Below are positions 24,701-39,210 of a stretch of 64,000 nt of DNA, piece by piece. The stretch is from the human T2T-CHM13v2.0 reference genome, Homo sapiens. Location: the NCBI RefSeq assembly GCF_009914755.1, contig NC_060929.1; one strand, 5' to 3'. The position numbers were made by a program, and so were the translations under genes. The notes beneath the pieces are model-generated. The model searched no databases. It saw only the letters and a list, made by a program, of their open reading frames with translations, and was not told where the DNA came from. Position 1 is the stretch's first letter. Every line of letters starts with the position of its first letter.

Positions 24701-25084
24701 TGGTATGTTCTGAACTTAATGCATATGTCCTCTCCACATTCATATGCTGAGATTCCAGCATATGCATTTATATGAATGGTATTAGGAGGTGGGGCCATTG
24801 ATAACACTCATGAGGGTTCCACCTTCATGACCTAATCACCTCTCCAAATTGCATTTTGACATTAGAAGGGGATATAGAGACCAGAGCTCTCTCTCTTCTC
24901 CATGTGAGGATATAAGGAGAAATTAGCAGTCTGCATCCCCAAAGAGAGCCCTAACCAGAAGCCAACCATGTTGGGACCCTGATCTTGGACTTCCAGCCTC
25001 CAAAACTGTGAGAAATACATTTTTGTTGTTTATAAAGCACTTGTTTATGGTATTTTGTTGTGGCAGCCCACACTGACTAAGACA
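24701..25084 (+). mobile_element. MLT1A/MLT1A0 LTR with an internal micro-inversion
   Basis: atggtattaggaggtggggcc...ccatgtgagga...gatcttggacttccagcctccaaaactgtgagaaata...gactaagaca. Confidence 0.88.
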
Positions 25085-25145
25085 GAGTGTCTGTGACCAT
25101 GACAAGGTGATTATGACTGAAATAGACTAGTAAAGAGTTCTTATT

Positions 25146-25570
<425 letters not shown>

Positions 25571-27034
25571 TTAAACACATTTATCTTTGGTAGGAGAATG
25601 CAAAAATAATTCTCCCAAAGAAACACAAAAAAACAAAATCATTACCTCGGAAGGTATTAGTCCTACATGCTGGACATGCTGGGAAATATATAGTCTTTAA
25701 GCCAAGAAAGAAGAATTGTCAGTTGCAGGGAACCAAACAACTGTTGGCACCATCTGGGAAACCAGTGGTCAACTTACAAAATCCAAAGGGGCAGTGTAAA
25801 CTCAGGCTCAATCTGGATCCTTGTCTATCTCTGAAGGATTCTCTCTGGCTCACAGGAGAGGTGTGGAAGCAGGAGGAGGTGGTCTCCACAGTGCAGCAGA
25901 TGGAGGAGGGCGGATCCAGCTGGAAAGGCTCCAGCCCACTGAGATGAGGGCTGGGAAGAGGACCTGCATCTAGGTGAGGACATTAGAAGAGCAAGGGAGA
26001 GAGGCTGTGTGGCATTGACAATGTGGGACAAAGCTCGTGGCTCAGTTCAATCTCAGTGGCGACCTGGAGGACATTCAGAGCTGCACACAGAATCCCCGAC
26101 TTGGGGCCATGGAATTAGGTCCAGATGTGTCTGCTGGTGGACCTGAGCTCAAAATACCCCAGCAGGTGTGGGTATAATTGGTTAAACTGCTGACAGTGCT
26201 TGGAATCTATAGTATAGCAGTATAGGCCTGAGGAAGGGCAGGGCTCTAGAGCAGGTTTAATCATGTTGTTTCTGTTTCTCTCTGGAATTTACTTGTATTT
26301 ATGACTTTTGCCATTACTCCTTATCACACAAATTTTTCTTAAACTGATGTTTAGAGGAAACGTTGGGTGGCCCCAATGTTCATGCCTTTACTCCAAGTGG
26401 TTGCCCTTTACGTTTTCAACCTATTTCCCAGTGCCTCCTACTTCTGCTGTGGTCAGCTTAGTCTCCCTACCACCTCCCTTCACCAACACAGCATGCATTT
26501 TCTCCCAGCCCCTGCCTTACCCAGGATGCTTTCCCATTCCTACAATGAATCTGTGCTATATCTGATTGTATCCTGCCCATCCTGGGGGCCCTCCACAAGC
26601 CTCTCCTTACTTCTAGAATTCTTTTGAGACTTGGCATTTAGTGATGTATCATATGGTCTTTGCCTTGGGTTTATTATTTGTTTCACATACTGCCCCAAGG
26701 AGATCAAGACCTTTTAGGGTGTCAGGACAAGGTTTCACATCTTTTGCTTCCTCCTTAGTACCTACAACAGGACATGGATTATTCTAACCAGGAAGGGAGG
26801 ACCCTGAGATCCTCCCTCCTCCTGGAGCTCTCCTCCTCTCATTTGTAATCTTCTAAATGTCTATTTTGCGTTTAGTCCTAAGCTTAAATATCCTCTCCGT
26901 TCACTTTCTCTCCCAATTTAAATTATTGGCCTGCCTTGACCTTGTGTGTGTCTCCATTGTGATAGGTGCCTTGAAGGCGCTATGAGAGACAAGTGTGTGT
27001 GATGATCCTTCTCTGTGTTTTTGATATTTGATTC

Positions 27035-27148
27035 CTGTTTCCATTCAGACTGTCGGGGCATGAGGGCAGGGCTTTGTCTACTTTTCCCTGATAAGTATTG
27101 CATCCAGTGCAAGTCCATTCTCAATACATGTTTGAACAAATAAATGAT
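27035..27148 (+). mobile_element. L2 3' tail
   Basis: agactgt...catgagggcagggctttgtc...tcaatacatgtttgaacaaataaatga. Confidence 0.65.
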
Positions 27149-27954
27149 AGGAGAATATAAATAACTTTTTATTTTTGTAAGTAAATCAAATGCTAGAAAG
27201 TTCTCAGTTGCTGGTTTTGCAGTATATTTTAGCTTTCTGTGAATGAACTCAACATAAATCCATTTGGACTTTGAAAACATTCTTTTCCAATCTCAGTATA
27301 CTTGTTTGTACTGCTTGGGCCAGTAGGATTTGGTACTCAAAGAGACCAGATCTGGACACTGTCCCTCGCTGCCCTTCCTCAGCCAGCTCTCTCTCTCCAG
27401 GTTACTCTTTGTCTCCCAGAGTGCCTGCTCTGTCATTTTATGTGTAATTAATGCTGTCCATGATAAGGATTTCTTTGACAGGTTTCCCAGGCAGTAGAGT
27501 GAATTTAGAGACCTAATTACCGCATGCCTGAACTCTGGGCTTCCCTCTGAGCCCTCAGCTACGATACTGGTGATGAATGACTCGGTCTGGGCTGCTTTCT
27601 GGGGGTGAAGCTTTTTGGAAATTATGACAGTTCCTATCTCCAAAGTATTTCAAATGCCAGCATTTGAGATTGAGCTCCGAAACAGAGGATGTGTGGTTTT
27701 CTCTACTTAACACAGTCCTAAGTTTTGTAGTTTCATTTCTGCCTTAGATAGATAACCCCAGTGAAGAAAAATAGCTAGGGATTTTCTATAGGCAGGATCC
27801 AGTGCTTTTTATTTATTTTTTCTCTTTGTTAATAGTGGAGAGAAAAGAAATAGGCTGCTAAATAATTAGTGAGATAATGCTTGTGTTTTTTAAATACTTT
27901 TTTCCATCTTAAAATAATTCAAGCTTTCAGGTTTGCACAGGGAATATAGATCAA

Positions 27955-28420
<466 letters not shown>

Positions 28421-29534
28421 TATGATACTCTCTTATGTGAAACTCCTTAGCTGGAATTCTTGGTTAGAATTAGGATATCAGAAAGATAGCACCATAGAAA
28501 CAGAATTTTCCTGGGTTTTCAAGAAAGGGTTCTGGTAAATATATAAAAATTATATTTTAGAAGAATGACAAATTTGTACTGATTGCAATTTTTGGTAGAT
28601 GTTAAGTCAAAGAATAGCCCATGTGTTACATTAGTAATCCCTATGATTGTGGCTTCTTTATTGCTCTACTTATTTATTGCTCAGGATGCTTTGTCTAGCC
28701 TAATTCTTTGCCCCTCTGCTGACATCCCCCTAATCTTGTCCATGGCAGTGGCTGCAATTCCAGTCATAAGTGCATCCGTGGATGAAAATTTCATGACCTT
28801 CTTCACTGACTTGTTCCAGCCCATTTGTCAGTATCATTTGCATGACTCTTACTTCTATCTTCAGAAACATAAACAATCTCTCCTTGTTTGAAGACCTTGT
28901 TGGCTTAATCATAACCATGATTATTTGCATTTGCGAAACATTTTCCACTTTGCAAAGCACATTCACATACTTGATTTTCATTTGATCCTCTGAGTCAAGC
29001 AGGGTAGGAATGTATTCACTTATTTACTCAGCAAATATTTATAGCATCTCTTATTTGCATTAAACTATCATCTCCACTTTGTGGATGAATAAACTGAGCC
29101 TTAGGATAAATCACTTTCTATGCATCTGTCAGTCATAGAATACCAAGTGTAGGGGTTTTTCCTAAATCTGTTCGTGATCTAAAATGTGGAGGAGAGGCCT
29201 GTACTTTGTTTCGTAAGCCTTGGATTAAAATTATAAAGCTAATAGCCCAGAGGAACAGCTTGAGTATCATTTCATGTACATGACCGTTTCTATAATCATT
29301 AATCAATAAATAATTCCTTTCGTTCTGAAGCATGATGCATGTTTTTATTTCTTTTATGGACAATCGTTAGAACAGCTCACAAAGACTCATGATGTAGCTT
29401 TTGCTGGTGTCTTCGGCATTAATCTGTTATCCCAGCATTCCGGTTTCTCACACGCCTAGGTTTTCTTTTGCTTTAAGGTCTTTGCTGGTCTTTCTGCTCA
29501 AAAATCTCTGGATCCTTATGTCCCACCTATGTGT

Positions 29535-29850
29535 ACTATAGCTCTCAGCTTGAATGTCAGTGCTTCAGGAAGGTCTTTATGGAAACACCCCTCCACCAGA
29601 ACCTCTGATATAGACCCTCTTAGTGCCAGGTGCTCCCCCTCCGTTTTATTCATCACAGTCTGCTATTGCATATGCATTTATGTAAATTTTGTTTGTTTAA
29701 TACTTCTGTCCCCAACTGGACTAAACACACAGGAGCAGATCCTGTTTTTGCTCATCACTATGAGATTAATTCTTGTAAAACTTACCACTATGCACCTGAG
29801 TGGAGTAGTTGAGGTGCTCCAAAAATAGATACTGGGTGGATGGATTGAAA
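29535..29850 (+). mobile_element. L2 3' region
   Basis: tctcagcttgaatgtcagtgcttcaggaagg...gttgaggtgctccaaaaatagatactgggtggatggattgaa. Confidence 0.6.
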
Positions 29851-29904
29851 TAAGGCTCACCAATATCAAAACTTTAATGACCCTGGGTTAATTGGATAAG
29901 TCCC

Positions 29905-30400
29905 CCATTAGTTGTCTATTCCTGAAGTAACAAATTACCGTACATTTCACAGCTTAAACCAACATCCATTTATCATCTTTCTGTTTCCATTGGTCAGAAG
30001 TCTGGGCATAGGATGGTTCAGCTGGTTCTTTGCTTTGAGTTTCATGAGGTCAAAATCAAGGTGCTGGCAGGCCTAGGCTCTCATCTGCTTCTAGGCCCAT
30101 TCAGGTTGTTGGTAGGCCTCAATTCTATGTGCTTTATGGCTGTTATCCAGGGTGTGCGCTCAGCTCTCATCTCCTAGAACTCACATTCCTCAGCTGTGGC
30201 CTCGAATTCTTCTTATGCTTAGAATCTCTTGCCTTCCCTTCTGCGTCGTCCTCTAATTTCCTCTTCTTTCCGCCTCCTCTTTTAAGTGCTCCTATGATTA
30301 CATGGGGCCATCAGGATACTCCATGATAATCTCCTCATATTGAGATGTTCTAGGGATTAGGATGTGGAATATTTGGAGGGTCATTATTCTGTCTACCATA
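29905..30400 (-). mobile_element. MLT1E-like LTR with internal deletions
   Basis: ttagttgtctatt...gtaacaaattacc...cagcttaaaccaacatccatttat...aaatcaaggtgctggcagg...gggattaggatgtggaatatttggagggtcattattctgtctaccata. Confidence 0.75.
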
Positions 30401-32044
30401 AACCCCAAGTGCCCATCAATTTGAATATGACTTACATTAAGGAAGAGAATGGTAGAATGTAGTTTGTGTGGCTTTCTCCCCTACTTCTGCAGATGTCGCA
30501 GAATTTGGTAGATGGATTCCCTAGAAACAAAGCTAATGAAATTGCAGACTGCCTGGCCTCAAACCATTTAAAATAATGGCACTCTCACTCCATTACCTTT
30601 GAGTGATAGCAGTTCACATTAACGTACCCATTTCCTGAGGAACTGGTGGACAGTTGTGCCTTTGGAGCTGTCCCTCACTTGCTTGTAAATGCTTTTCCCC
30701 TTTCACAGAAATGCCTCCTCTCAGGTGTTTGCAGAAGGCAATAGGTTTTTGATAAAAGAAAGTTTACTTTGAACTCTTCAGAATTTTCTCCTGGTGGTCT
30801 AAAACTTTTGGAATGCTTCTACTCCTCAGGTGTAGAGTGTCGAGGCACCCCAGGAGAGGTAATTATTTCTAAGAAAAAAAAAGTTACCTTTTGTTCTATT
30901 AATTTTGCTCATTTCATTAATGCATAATTAATTAGTTCACTCATTCATCCATTTCCTGTATCCTATGACCAAATATTTGAAAACATTTTATTGGTAATTA
31001 TGTTTAGTTCAGTTTACTCCTTTGTGTATCTTTCTTGGAAATGGTGTACTCACTTAAAATATCCATTTGCAGGTTGGTATCAGAAATCTTTTGAAGGTTC
31101 TTATGCTCCTGAACATTTTCAGTGCATGTTAGCAAATTAAAAGGACCAATTTTTTTACTAAACTCTTTCCTTTATGACTGCAGTCTTCCAGCCTATGTGA
31201 CAGCTGATTCACATGCATGGGTTCTAGGGAGCATGTGGGAAATAGTGACAACATGGAACACATGAGGTTAAGTATGCCAAGGAAGACATAAAGGATTCCA
31301 GAAGCCTGAGATGAGCATGGCATCAGGCTCCTCAGAGTTGATATGTGAGCCAGTGCCCTGGAACAACCCAGGCACCATTTTGAGGGGTAGGAGGGATATG
31401 GATTGTGAAGGACATGAAAAGCTTTTAGGTCAGAGGCTGAGGATTGATCATGTGTAGAGACACTGAGGAAAATGTAGGCCTTGGGCTACAGAATGCACAT
31501 AAATCACCTAGAACATGATTCATGCAAATGGCTCCGTGCCCTTTTTTTCTCAGACCTTCTCCCACACCTGTTTCTTCAGAGGTTATGCGGTGATCATTGA
31601 TGACTTTAAAGCTGACCCTTTAAAGTGCATCAAATCAATTTTATATCAAATCAAAGTAACAACTATCTGTTGAGCACTTACCATTTAAAACGCCCTGCAC
31701 TAGGCATGGTAGCAGTGAGGAACTGGGGTGGATCTTAGTATGAGCCATGTTTCCTGACTGCAAAGCTCTTATAGAATTGTTGGCAAAAGGGCTGGAAATC
31801 ATATTTCTCACTTAGGTGCATAAACAACCGTCTTAATGCATATAATGGTTTATTAAGACAGAATGTGGCCAATCCTTATTCCTTTGCACTGATGTCATAG
31901 GAGAAAGTGGACTTGAATGACATTCAAGGAGAATTAGGTGAGCCTTTAGTAAGGCCTTGACAGAAATAGCTTATTTCCAAAAAGGCCATATTCTCATCAT
32001 TTGAACTTGCATTAATTAATACACTTTTTGAACACTCCTATCTC

Positions 32045-32670
32045 AGGTAATGGCATTTAATAGCCCCTAAACCCCTCAGTCAAGACAATGAAGAATCAGT
32101 TTTGAGTCTTCGATTTCCTTAACCTTCCAAATTCCACTGGAGTCTAAGATTCATCTTTCTACCTCCAAAATGTCTCTAAAATCCACGCTCTTCCATGTGT
32201 TCCAGGCTCACTGTCCTCGTTTGGTTTCTCATTATCCTCTGGCTGGTTATAGAAATAGTCTCCTGATGGTGTTTGTTACTCACAGTTTCTACGAAACCCA
32301 TCTCCCAGTCTGCTGCCAATTATCTATCTCTAACAGAGACTTGATTATGTCACTGCCTTGCTTACAATCTCTGAGGCTTCTCTTTGTTTTAGGATGAAGC
32401 CCCAAACTCAGCATGGCATTTATAAGGTCCTTCACGATCTGGCCTTAGCTTGGACTTTCAATTTTACTGTCTGCCAGTTCTCACAGAAGCTTTTACTCAT
32501 TCATCTGCCTTCCCTGCCAGGCACTTTCCTGCTAAGTCTCTGCTGAAAACACTCCATTCTTCCTCTTATTTTTATCAGGCAAACTCCTATTCTTCTTTCC
32601 ATTTCTAGCTCAAATGTCACTCTCTCCAGATGGCCTTCTGTGGTTCATATTTTCCTTCCCCCACACTACA
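32045..32670 (+). mobile_element. L2, ORF2 C-terminal/3' region
   Basis: ttctacctccaaaatgtctct...aatagtctcctga...gattatgtcactgccttgcttacaatc...aaggtccttcacgatctggcc...gctcaaatgtcac. Confidence 0.8.
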
Positions 32671-32719
32671 CCCTTCCCTCATTGACATTTAAATATGTAT
32701 TATTCATATCCCAGTATGC

Positions 32720-32960
32720 TGATAACAACAATAGTAATAATGACAATTTCTAGCAATTATGTATCAGGCCATGCAAGCATCAAAACTGCACTCTCACTTA
32801 ATCTTCTGTCTACCATATGTGGTAGATATTACTATTCCACATTGCAGATGAAGAGACAGGCTCAGAAGAAAGTTAAGTGACTTGCATAAGTTCCACAGCC
32901 AGTCAGTGGCAGAAGATGAGTTTAAACCCAGATTTTTTGACTCAAGAGATTAGACTATTT
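32720..32960 (-). mobile_element. MIR
   Basis: cagatgaagagacaggctcagaagaaagttaagtgacttgcataagttccacagccagtcagtggcaga. Confidence 0.8.
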
Positions 32961-32989
32961 ATATATTGGTGCTTTCTGAGTTCTTCTAC

Positions 32990-33362
32990 AACATCTCTGC
33001 AGTTCCTTTTTTTTTATTCCTGTGTATATTGCCTAATGGTCACAGGATGACTGCTGTAACTCCAAACATCACAAGCGCTTTTAAAGCATAAAGAAGGAGA
33101 AAATGGAAGTGGTGCCAGCCATACCCTTTCCTTTCGTTAGAAAAAAATACGTTTTCCAAGACTCCCCCCCGACCCCATAGATATCTTTCTGCTTCTCATT
33201 GGCCAGAATGATGTCTTAGGGTCACTCTGAGTGTCAGGGAGAACTGGAAATTGTATCTGTCACTTGAGCCTAGGCACAGACCCAGCTTGATTGAGGACAG
33301 GTTTTGTTAGCAAAGAAAAGGAAGAGTGACAGACAGATAGACAACTAATAGTGCCAGCCGCA
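32990..33362 (-). mobile_element. Old MLT1 LTR (MLT1J/K-like)
   Basis: atggtcacaggatgactgctgtaactccaaacatcaca...ctcattggccagaatgatgtc...gttttgttagcaaagaaaagg...caactaatagtgccagccgca. Confidence 0.7.
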
Positions 33363-33544
33363 GTGTATGCTATTCTTCTTAATTGGTCAAACTGATCTTA
33401 TGCTCCAGTCTCCGTCACACTTTATACTTCCAGATGTCGTATTGTCTAACAAGAAAGGTAGATATCTAAAATGATAAGAGATGGAGGGATATATTGAAGA
33501 TTAAAAGATGTTTGTGGGAGGTAAAAATAAGCTCAAATTATTCA

Positions 33545-33712
33545 CCAGGAAAGTTACTTAAATTCTTCAAACTTCAGTTTTCTCCTTTGTAAAATGGTAA
33601 TGGTAATAATGACACCACGGGATAAATGTGAGACTTAAGTGAAACAATACATGTTTGACCAGAACACTGGAAACATTCAGTAAGTTTAGCTGTTGCTTTT
33701 ATTATAACTATT
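33545..33712 (+). mobile_element. MIR
   Basis: aagttacttaaattcttcaaacttcagttttctcctttgtaaaatgg. Confidence 0.7.
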
Positions 33713-33989
33713 ATAGTTTTTGAAGGACACCCATTTCTTTCCAATGGACAGTGGAAGTTTAACTGTGAAAGGTGGAACCAGTGAAACTGTCTCTTCCTTT
33801 CTGTTATTAAAGATGTAAGAATATCAAGTATTTACCCATTGACTGTCTGCCAGGATGCTCCTTTTCTTCCTCCAGTGAGATTTGGAACTTTCGTCAATTT
33901 TGTTAATTAATTAATTCTTAGCAAAAAATCCATTTCGGGACTTGTAGCATGAGTGAAACCCACTGAAGTTAGCTGCTATTTGCTTAATT

Positions 33990-34288
33990 CAAGGGTTGGC
34001 AAATCTTTTCTATAGAGAATGAGATGTTAAATATTTTGGGCTTTGTAGGTTATGTGGTTTCTGCCATTGCAGTACCAACACAGCCATAGACAATATGTAT
34101 ATGTTTTATGTATAGAATTTTATTTATGGATACTGAAATTTGAATTTGATATACTTTTCATGAGTTATGACATATTCTTACGTTTTGTTCAACCACTTAA
34201 AATGTGAAAACCATTCTTAATTCATGGGCCATACAAAAACAGGTTCTTAGTTTAACTTGGCTTTTGGGCCATTGTTTGCCAATCACAG
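33990..34288 (+). mobile_element. MER58B (hAT-Charlie MITE)
   Basis: TIRs caagggttggcaaa / tttgccaatcacag; internal cagccatagacaata, tttatttatggatactgaaatttgaattt, gggccatacaaaaacagg. Confidence 0.85.
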
Positions 34289-35504
34289 TTCTAAATTAGA
34301 TGTCATTTTCATCTAGTCTATCATACTAGGTAAAGTTTGTTATTCGCTCTCTCACCTCTCAAATCTCCTTTCCAATCAAAGACTGTGGATTTGAGTGCTA
34401 CCAAGTGGAATTTTAATGTACAAATTACTAACTGCTATTATTGGAATAATAGCACCGAATTCAAAAGCAATGAAATTTATTATACATTCTGTAAATAAAT
34501 AATATAGCTTTCAATAAATGTTATTCAATAAAATGTAAATGTCCTTAGTTTATGAGGAAGCAAGAAATAATACCATGTCTTCAGCAGGTGATAAGCAAGA
34601 CTCATTCATCTGATCAGCCACAACTGTGTGTTTTCTTCATCTCATCGCCATTGGGCTGGGCACATATAATACAGGACTAAAATGCCCTTGCATATTTTGC
34701 AACATGAAGAACTAGTTCGACTTATAGAATTCCACTAGGAGTAAATAAATGCCAGACTGATAGCTTGTGAATAAAAATGAGACCATGTTGTTCCTCCTTT
34801 TGTTCAATTTCTTCACTCTTCCAAACCAATTACTCAGGCCCCTCTACCACTTCTGGGAAACAGCCTTGAAGTCTTGAAACACATTATGTCAGGTTGAAAA
34901 TGAGAGACAACTGCTGTCAGAGCCAGCATTTGATGGCTTTGACTTGTTTCCATGTAGTGAAAAAAGCATGCTTGCAAGCTGTACAATTGAGAGGATTCAC
35001 TGTTTTTTAAACTAAAGGTTCTGAGCAGCTCTGAGATAGTGTTGCTCTCCCCTAAGCTGTTTTGTACAAAAACATACCTGTTTTATTTTTCCTGAAGATA
35101 CAGTAACATGTTTAATGTCAATAATGGTATTGAAACAAGGCAGCCATAGAATTTCTGAATATGACATATAAAGATTTTTTAAGATAACAGTGCTTTTATA
35201 AAGATTTAAAGATATAGCAGTCTTTGCTTATTCTTCCTCTATCTGTTTTCGGTAAGGAAAGCACATGCATGATCTTATATGATATTTTTGTAGACAGTTG
35301 TCATGTTTCAGGGGCAGGATGGGATTTCCACATGAATTGAGGATGAAAATAAGACTTAATTAAAATTGCAATGAATGCCTTTATTACTAATTTACTTGTT
35401 GGCTTCTATCCTTTTCTAGTCATATAAAATATTTGAATTTTTCTATCCTTTTAGCCCCAAGGCCTTTCCCAATTTCCAGTCTATATTTAATGGGATTGAT
35501 TTAT

Positions 35505-35735
35505 TTAATAATTGCTAACATTTATTGAATACTTACTACATCAAGTATTCCATGCATCACATTATTTAATTCTTGCAGCAACCTTTTGTGATTAATATTT
35601 TTACTATTTCCATTTTCATATGGGAGAATTGAGATAATGTTGGTGAATAACTTGCTGAAGGTAAATTGGTGGAGCTGGGTTTCAACCCTGGGTCTTAATG
35701 ACCATTTTCTGTATGTTTAATCACCATCATACTAA
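35505..35735 (-). mobile_element. MIR
   Basis: gctaacatttattgaatacttacta...ggtggagctgggtttcaaccctgggtct. Confidence 0.7.
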
Positions 35736-35760
35736 ATCTGTTACACTTTTTTCTCTGAGT

Positions 35761-35925
35761 CAGCCATTCTCAATCCTGAGTGTCTCTCAGTGTCACCTGG
35801 AAGGTTGTAAAACCTTTAGGGTTTATGATTCAGTGGTTCTGGGGTAGGGCTCAAGAATCTGTGTTTGTAACACATTCCCAGGTGAAGGATGCTGCTTGCC
35901 GTTCCAGGCCAATACCTTGAGACAT
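35761..35925. mobile_element. MER5A
   Basis: tcacctggaagg...tgattcagtggttctggggtagggctcaagaatctgtgtttgtaacacattcccaggtga. Confidence 0.75.
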
Positions 35926-36240
35926 TTCTCAAGTCAGTGAGATTATTCCCTTGGCCTAATTGTTTAATATCTGTGAAAATGCTTAGAAAGTATAAATGCT
36001 ACCTAAATGTAAAGCATTATTCTCTCTAGAGCAACATCTGAGCCATACAAGTGCCATTTCATGGGTGCACACACACAAGAATAAATGGTATGCCACTTCA
36101 AACTTTCATTTAAAGGCTTTCACTGCTTTGTACAGCTTGCTTATGCTTAGGGGAATATGAAGCATCTTTGTGTAATTGATGGGTTAGTATCTCAAGTACC
36201 GAGCTGTTTCTCCTAAATATCACAGTGAGGTGCATGACAC

Positions 36241-36260
36241 TGAGTGTGAATTCACACTCA
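36241..36260. repeat. Perfect 20-bp palindrome TGAGTGTGAATTCACACTCA
   Basis: Self-reverse-complementary with no spacer. Confidence 0.95.
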
Positions 36261-37628
36261 AAGAGATCACACTGAAGGGAATTTTTGGCCAACAAATTGA
36301 TGGCTGCCAAAAAGAATTGCTATTTCACAGATATAACTCTAAGCTCAGAAGGGAGAAGGAATTGTGATCAAGATAATTTAAAAAGATTACAAGTTATGCT
36401 AATGGAGACAAGGAGCAATGTCTAGAAAGAAACTCTTTTGAATAAAGATTATTTCTTGCAGGTGATGCTCGATGTGTGTTGATAGCATTCTTTTGAACTC
36501 TCCATTTATAACTGTCATCTACCTTCATTTCAACATTATCTCAGTTTATTATTAGAATAAAAATTGATGCAGATTATGGTATATTTGTCATTATTTTCTG
36601 ACTCAAGTCTCAATAACCCGTAACTATTATTACTTAAGGCGAACTCCACAAAGACTTTTTTTCTTATCTTGTAGAATTACCCTCTCAAAAGGACATTGTA
36701 TTTCAAACTTGCCAAAGGCGATATTTTTTGATAGCACTGGGGGATAAGAATTTAACTTGCTCTCTTACTTATTTTTCTGCCTTTCTTCATTTCTGTCTAT
36801 ATATTAGCATGGAGATTGATGCATCACTTTTCTTCCTCCCTTATGGTTGAATCTTCAAAGCTCTGAGATCCTCTTTTCAAATTGGCATATGCCTTTGAAT
36901 TTTAATTTTCATCATCTTCCCACAAAATATATACAATTTTTTCTCTTCTAGGTTGGATACTACTTCCAAATTAACACCAGAGTTTTGTCATCATGAAAAG
37001 CAAACTGACTCAGATAGATATAGACCTCTTGAAACCTTGTTCCCTCCTCCTTTCTTACTGTTCTGTGCACACTCTAGAGAATTTATCCTTCTGATTGGTA
37101 CAGGTTATACAAATGACTGCAACTCTATTTTCTTTGCTAAGGAAGGTCAGGGTACATGTTTTTCACTAGCGCTGCCTCGGGTGTGCAGATTTGGAAACCG
37201 TAGCTTGTCTCTTCTCTTTTTAATAAGGAAAAATTTCATGAGAACATTGAAAAATTAGCATCACTAATCAATGAGAACCCTTCCTGCAAGCAGAGGGAAA
37301 AATAACCTAAACACATTTTCATATTATTCATGAGCACTAATTGGTGAAAATGTAATGCCAAGAGAAACAGCATAATCAGGAATTCCCCCTACCATGAGGT
37401 AAAATGAACTGGAGCTGATTGGAATTATCATCACTAAAGCCAAAAGCATTATGTGAGTTATCTATTGCTGCACAACAAACATATCAAAAATTTACTGGCA
37501 TAAAACAACCAGTTTACTATGCTCATGGTTCCATTAATCAGGAAGGGCACAGCAAGAATAATTTTTTTCTGCTAGATATTGTCTAGGACCACCAGAAGGC
37601 TGGGGTTGACTTGATGGCTGGAATCATC

Positions 37629-38492
<864 letters not shown>

Positions 38493-38984
38493 TGAGTCTT
38501 CACTTACACGTCTAGTAGTTGATGTTATCTGTTGGTCAGAATATCTTGCCCATGGACCCTCTATGTGGTTGCCATGTGGGGGCCAGTTTGGTCTTCTTCA
38601 CAGCATGGTGGCTGAGCCCTAGAACAAGCTTCCTCAGAGAACAAGGCAGAAGTGCACAGCGTTTTTATGACCTAGCCACAGATGTCTCACAGCATCACTC
38701 TGTCCTACTCTATCAGTTGAAACAGACATGAAAGTCCACCAAGGTTCAAGGGAAAGAGACATAGTTTCCACCGCTAGATGGGAAAAGTACCAAGGTCAGG
38801 TTGAAAAAGAGCATGTGGAATGAGAGATATTGTAGTGATCGTCTTTGGAAAATACAATCTGTCCCCAGTATTTTACTTATGCATCTCTCCTGAGGGGTAG
38901 TGGAGACCATCCTAGACAGAATACAGCAGAAAGGACCCTCCCACACTAGAGGCATGCCACAGACATGCTAGACATCATACACTT

Positions 38985-39210
38985 TGGTGGAAGACTCCAG
39001 AATCCAAAAGGACTTGACTTTACATTGTGGCTGTTCTGACTGTGTGGCAGTGGGGAACTCAAACCTCCTTGAGCCTTGGTTTTCTCATCTAGAAAATGGG
39101 CCTCTGAGCAGCATATATCTCATTGGGATGTTGTGAACATTAAATGAGGTCTTACATGGAAGCATTTAGCTTAGTACCTGATAAATGCAAATGTACACTA
39201 TTATTATTGT
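38985..39210 (+). mobile_element. MIR
   Basis: gagccttggttttctcatctagaaaatggg...gttgtgaacattaaatgag...aagcatttagcttagtacctg. Confidence 0.75.

Noticed and set aside
36450-36960. Candidate splice acceptors (tttcttgcag|g, ttctcttctag|g)
   Set aside because: No matching donor or reading frame could be supported; such motifs are common.
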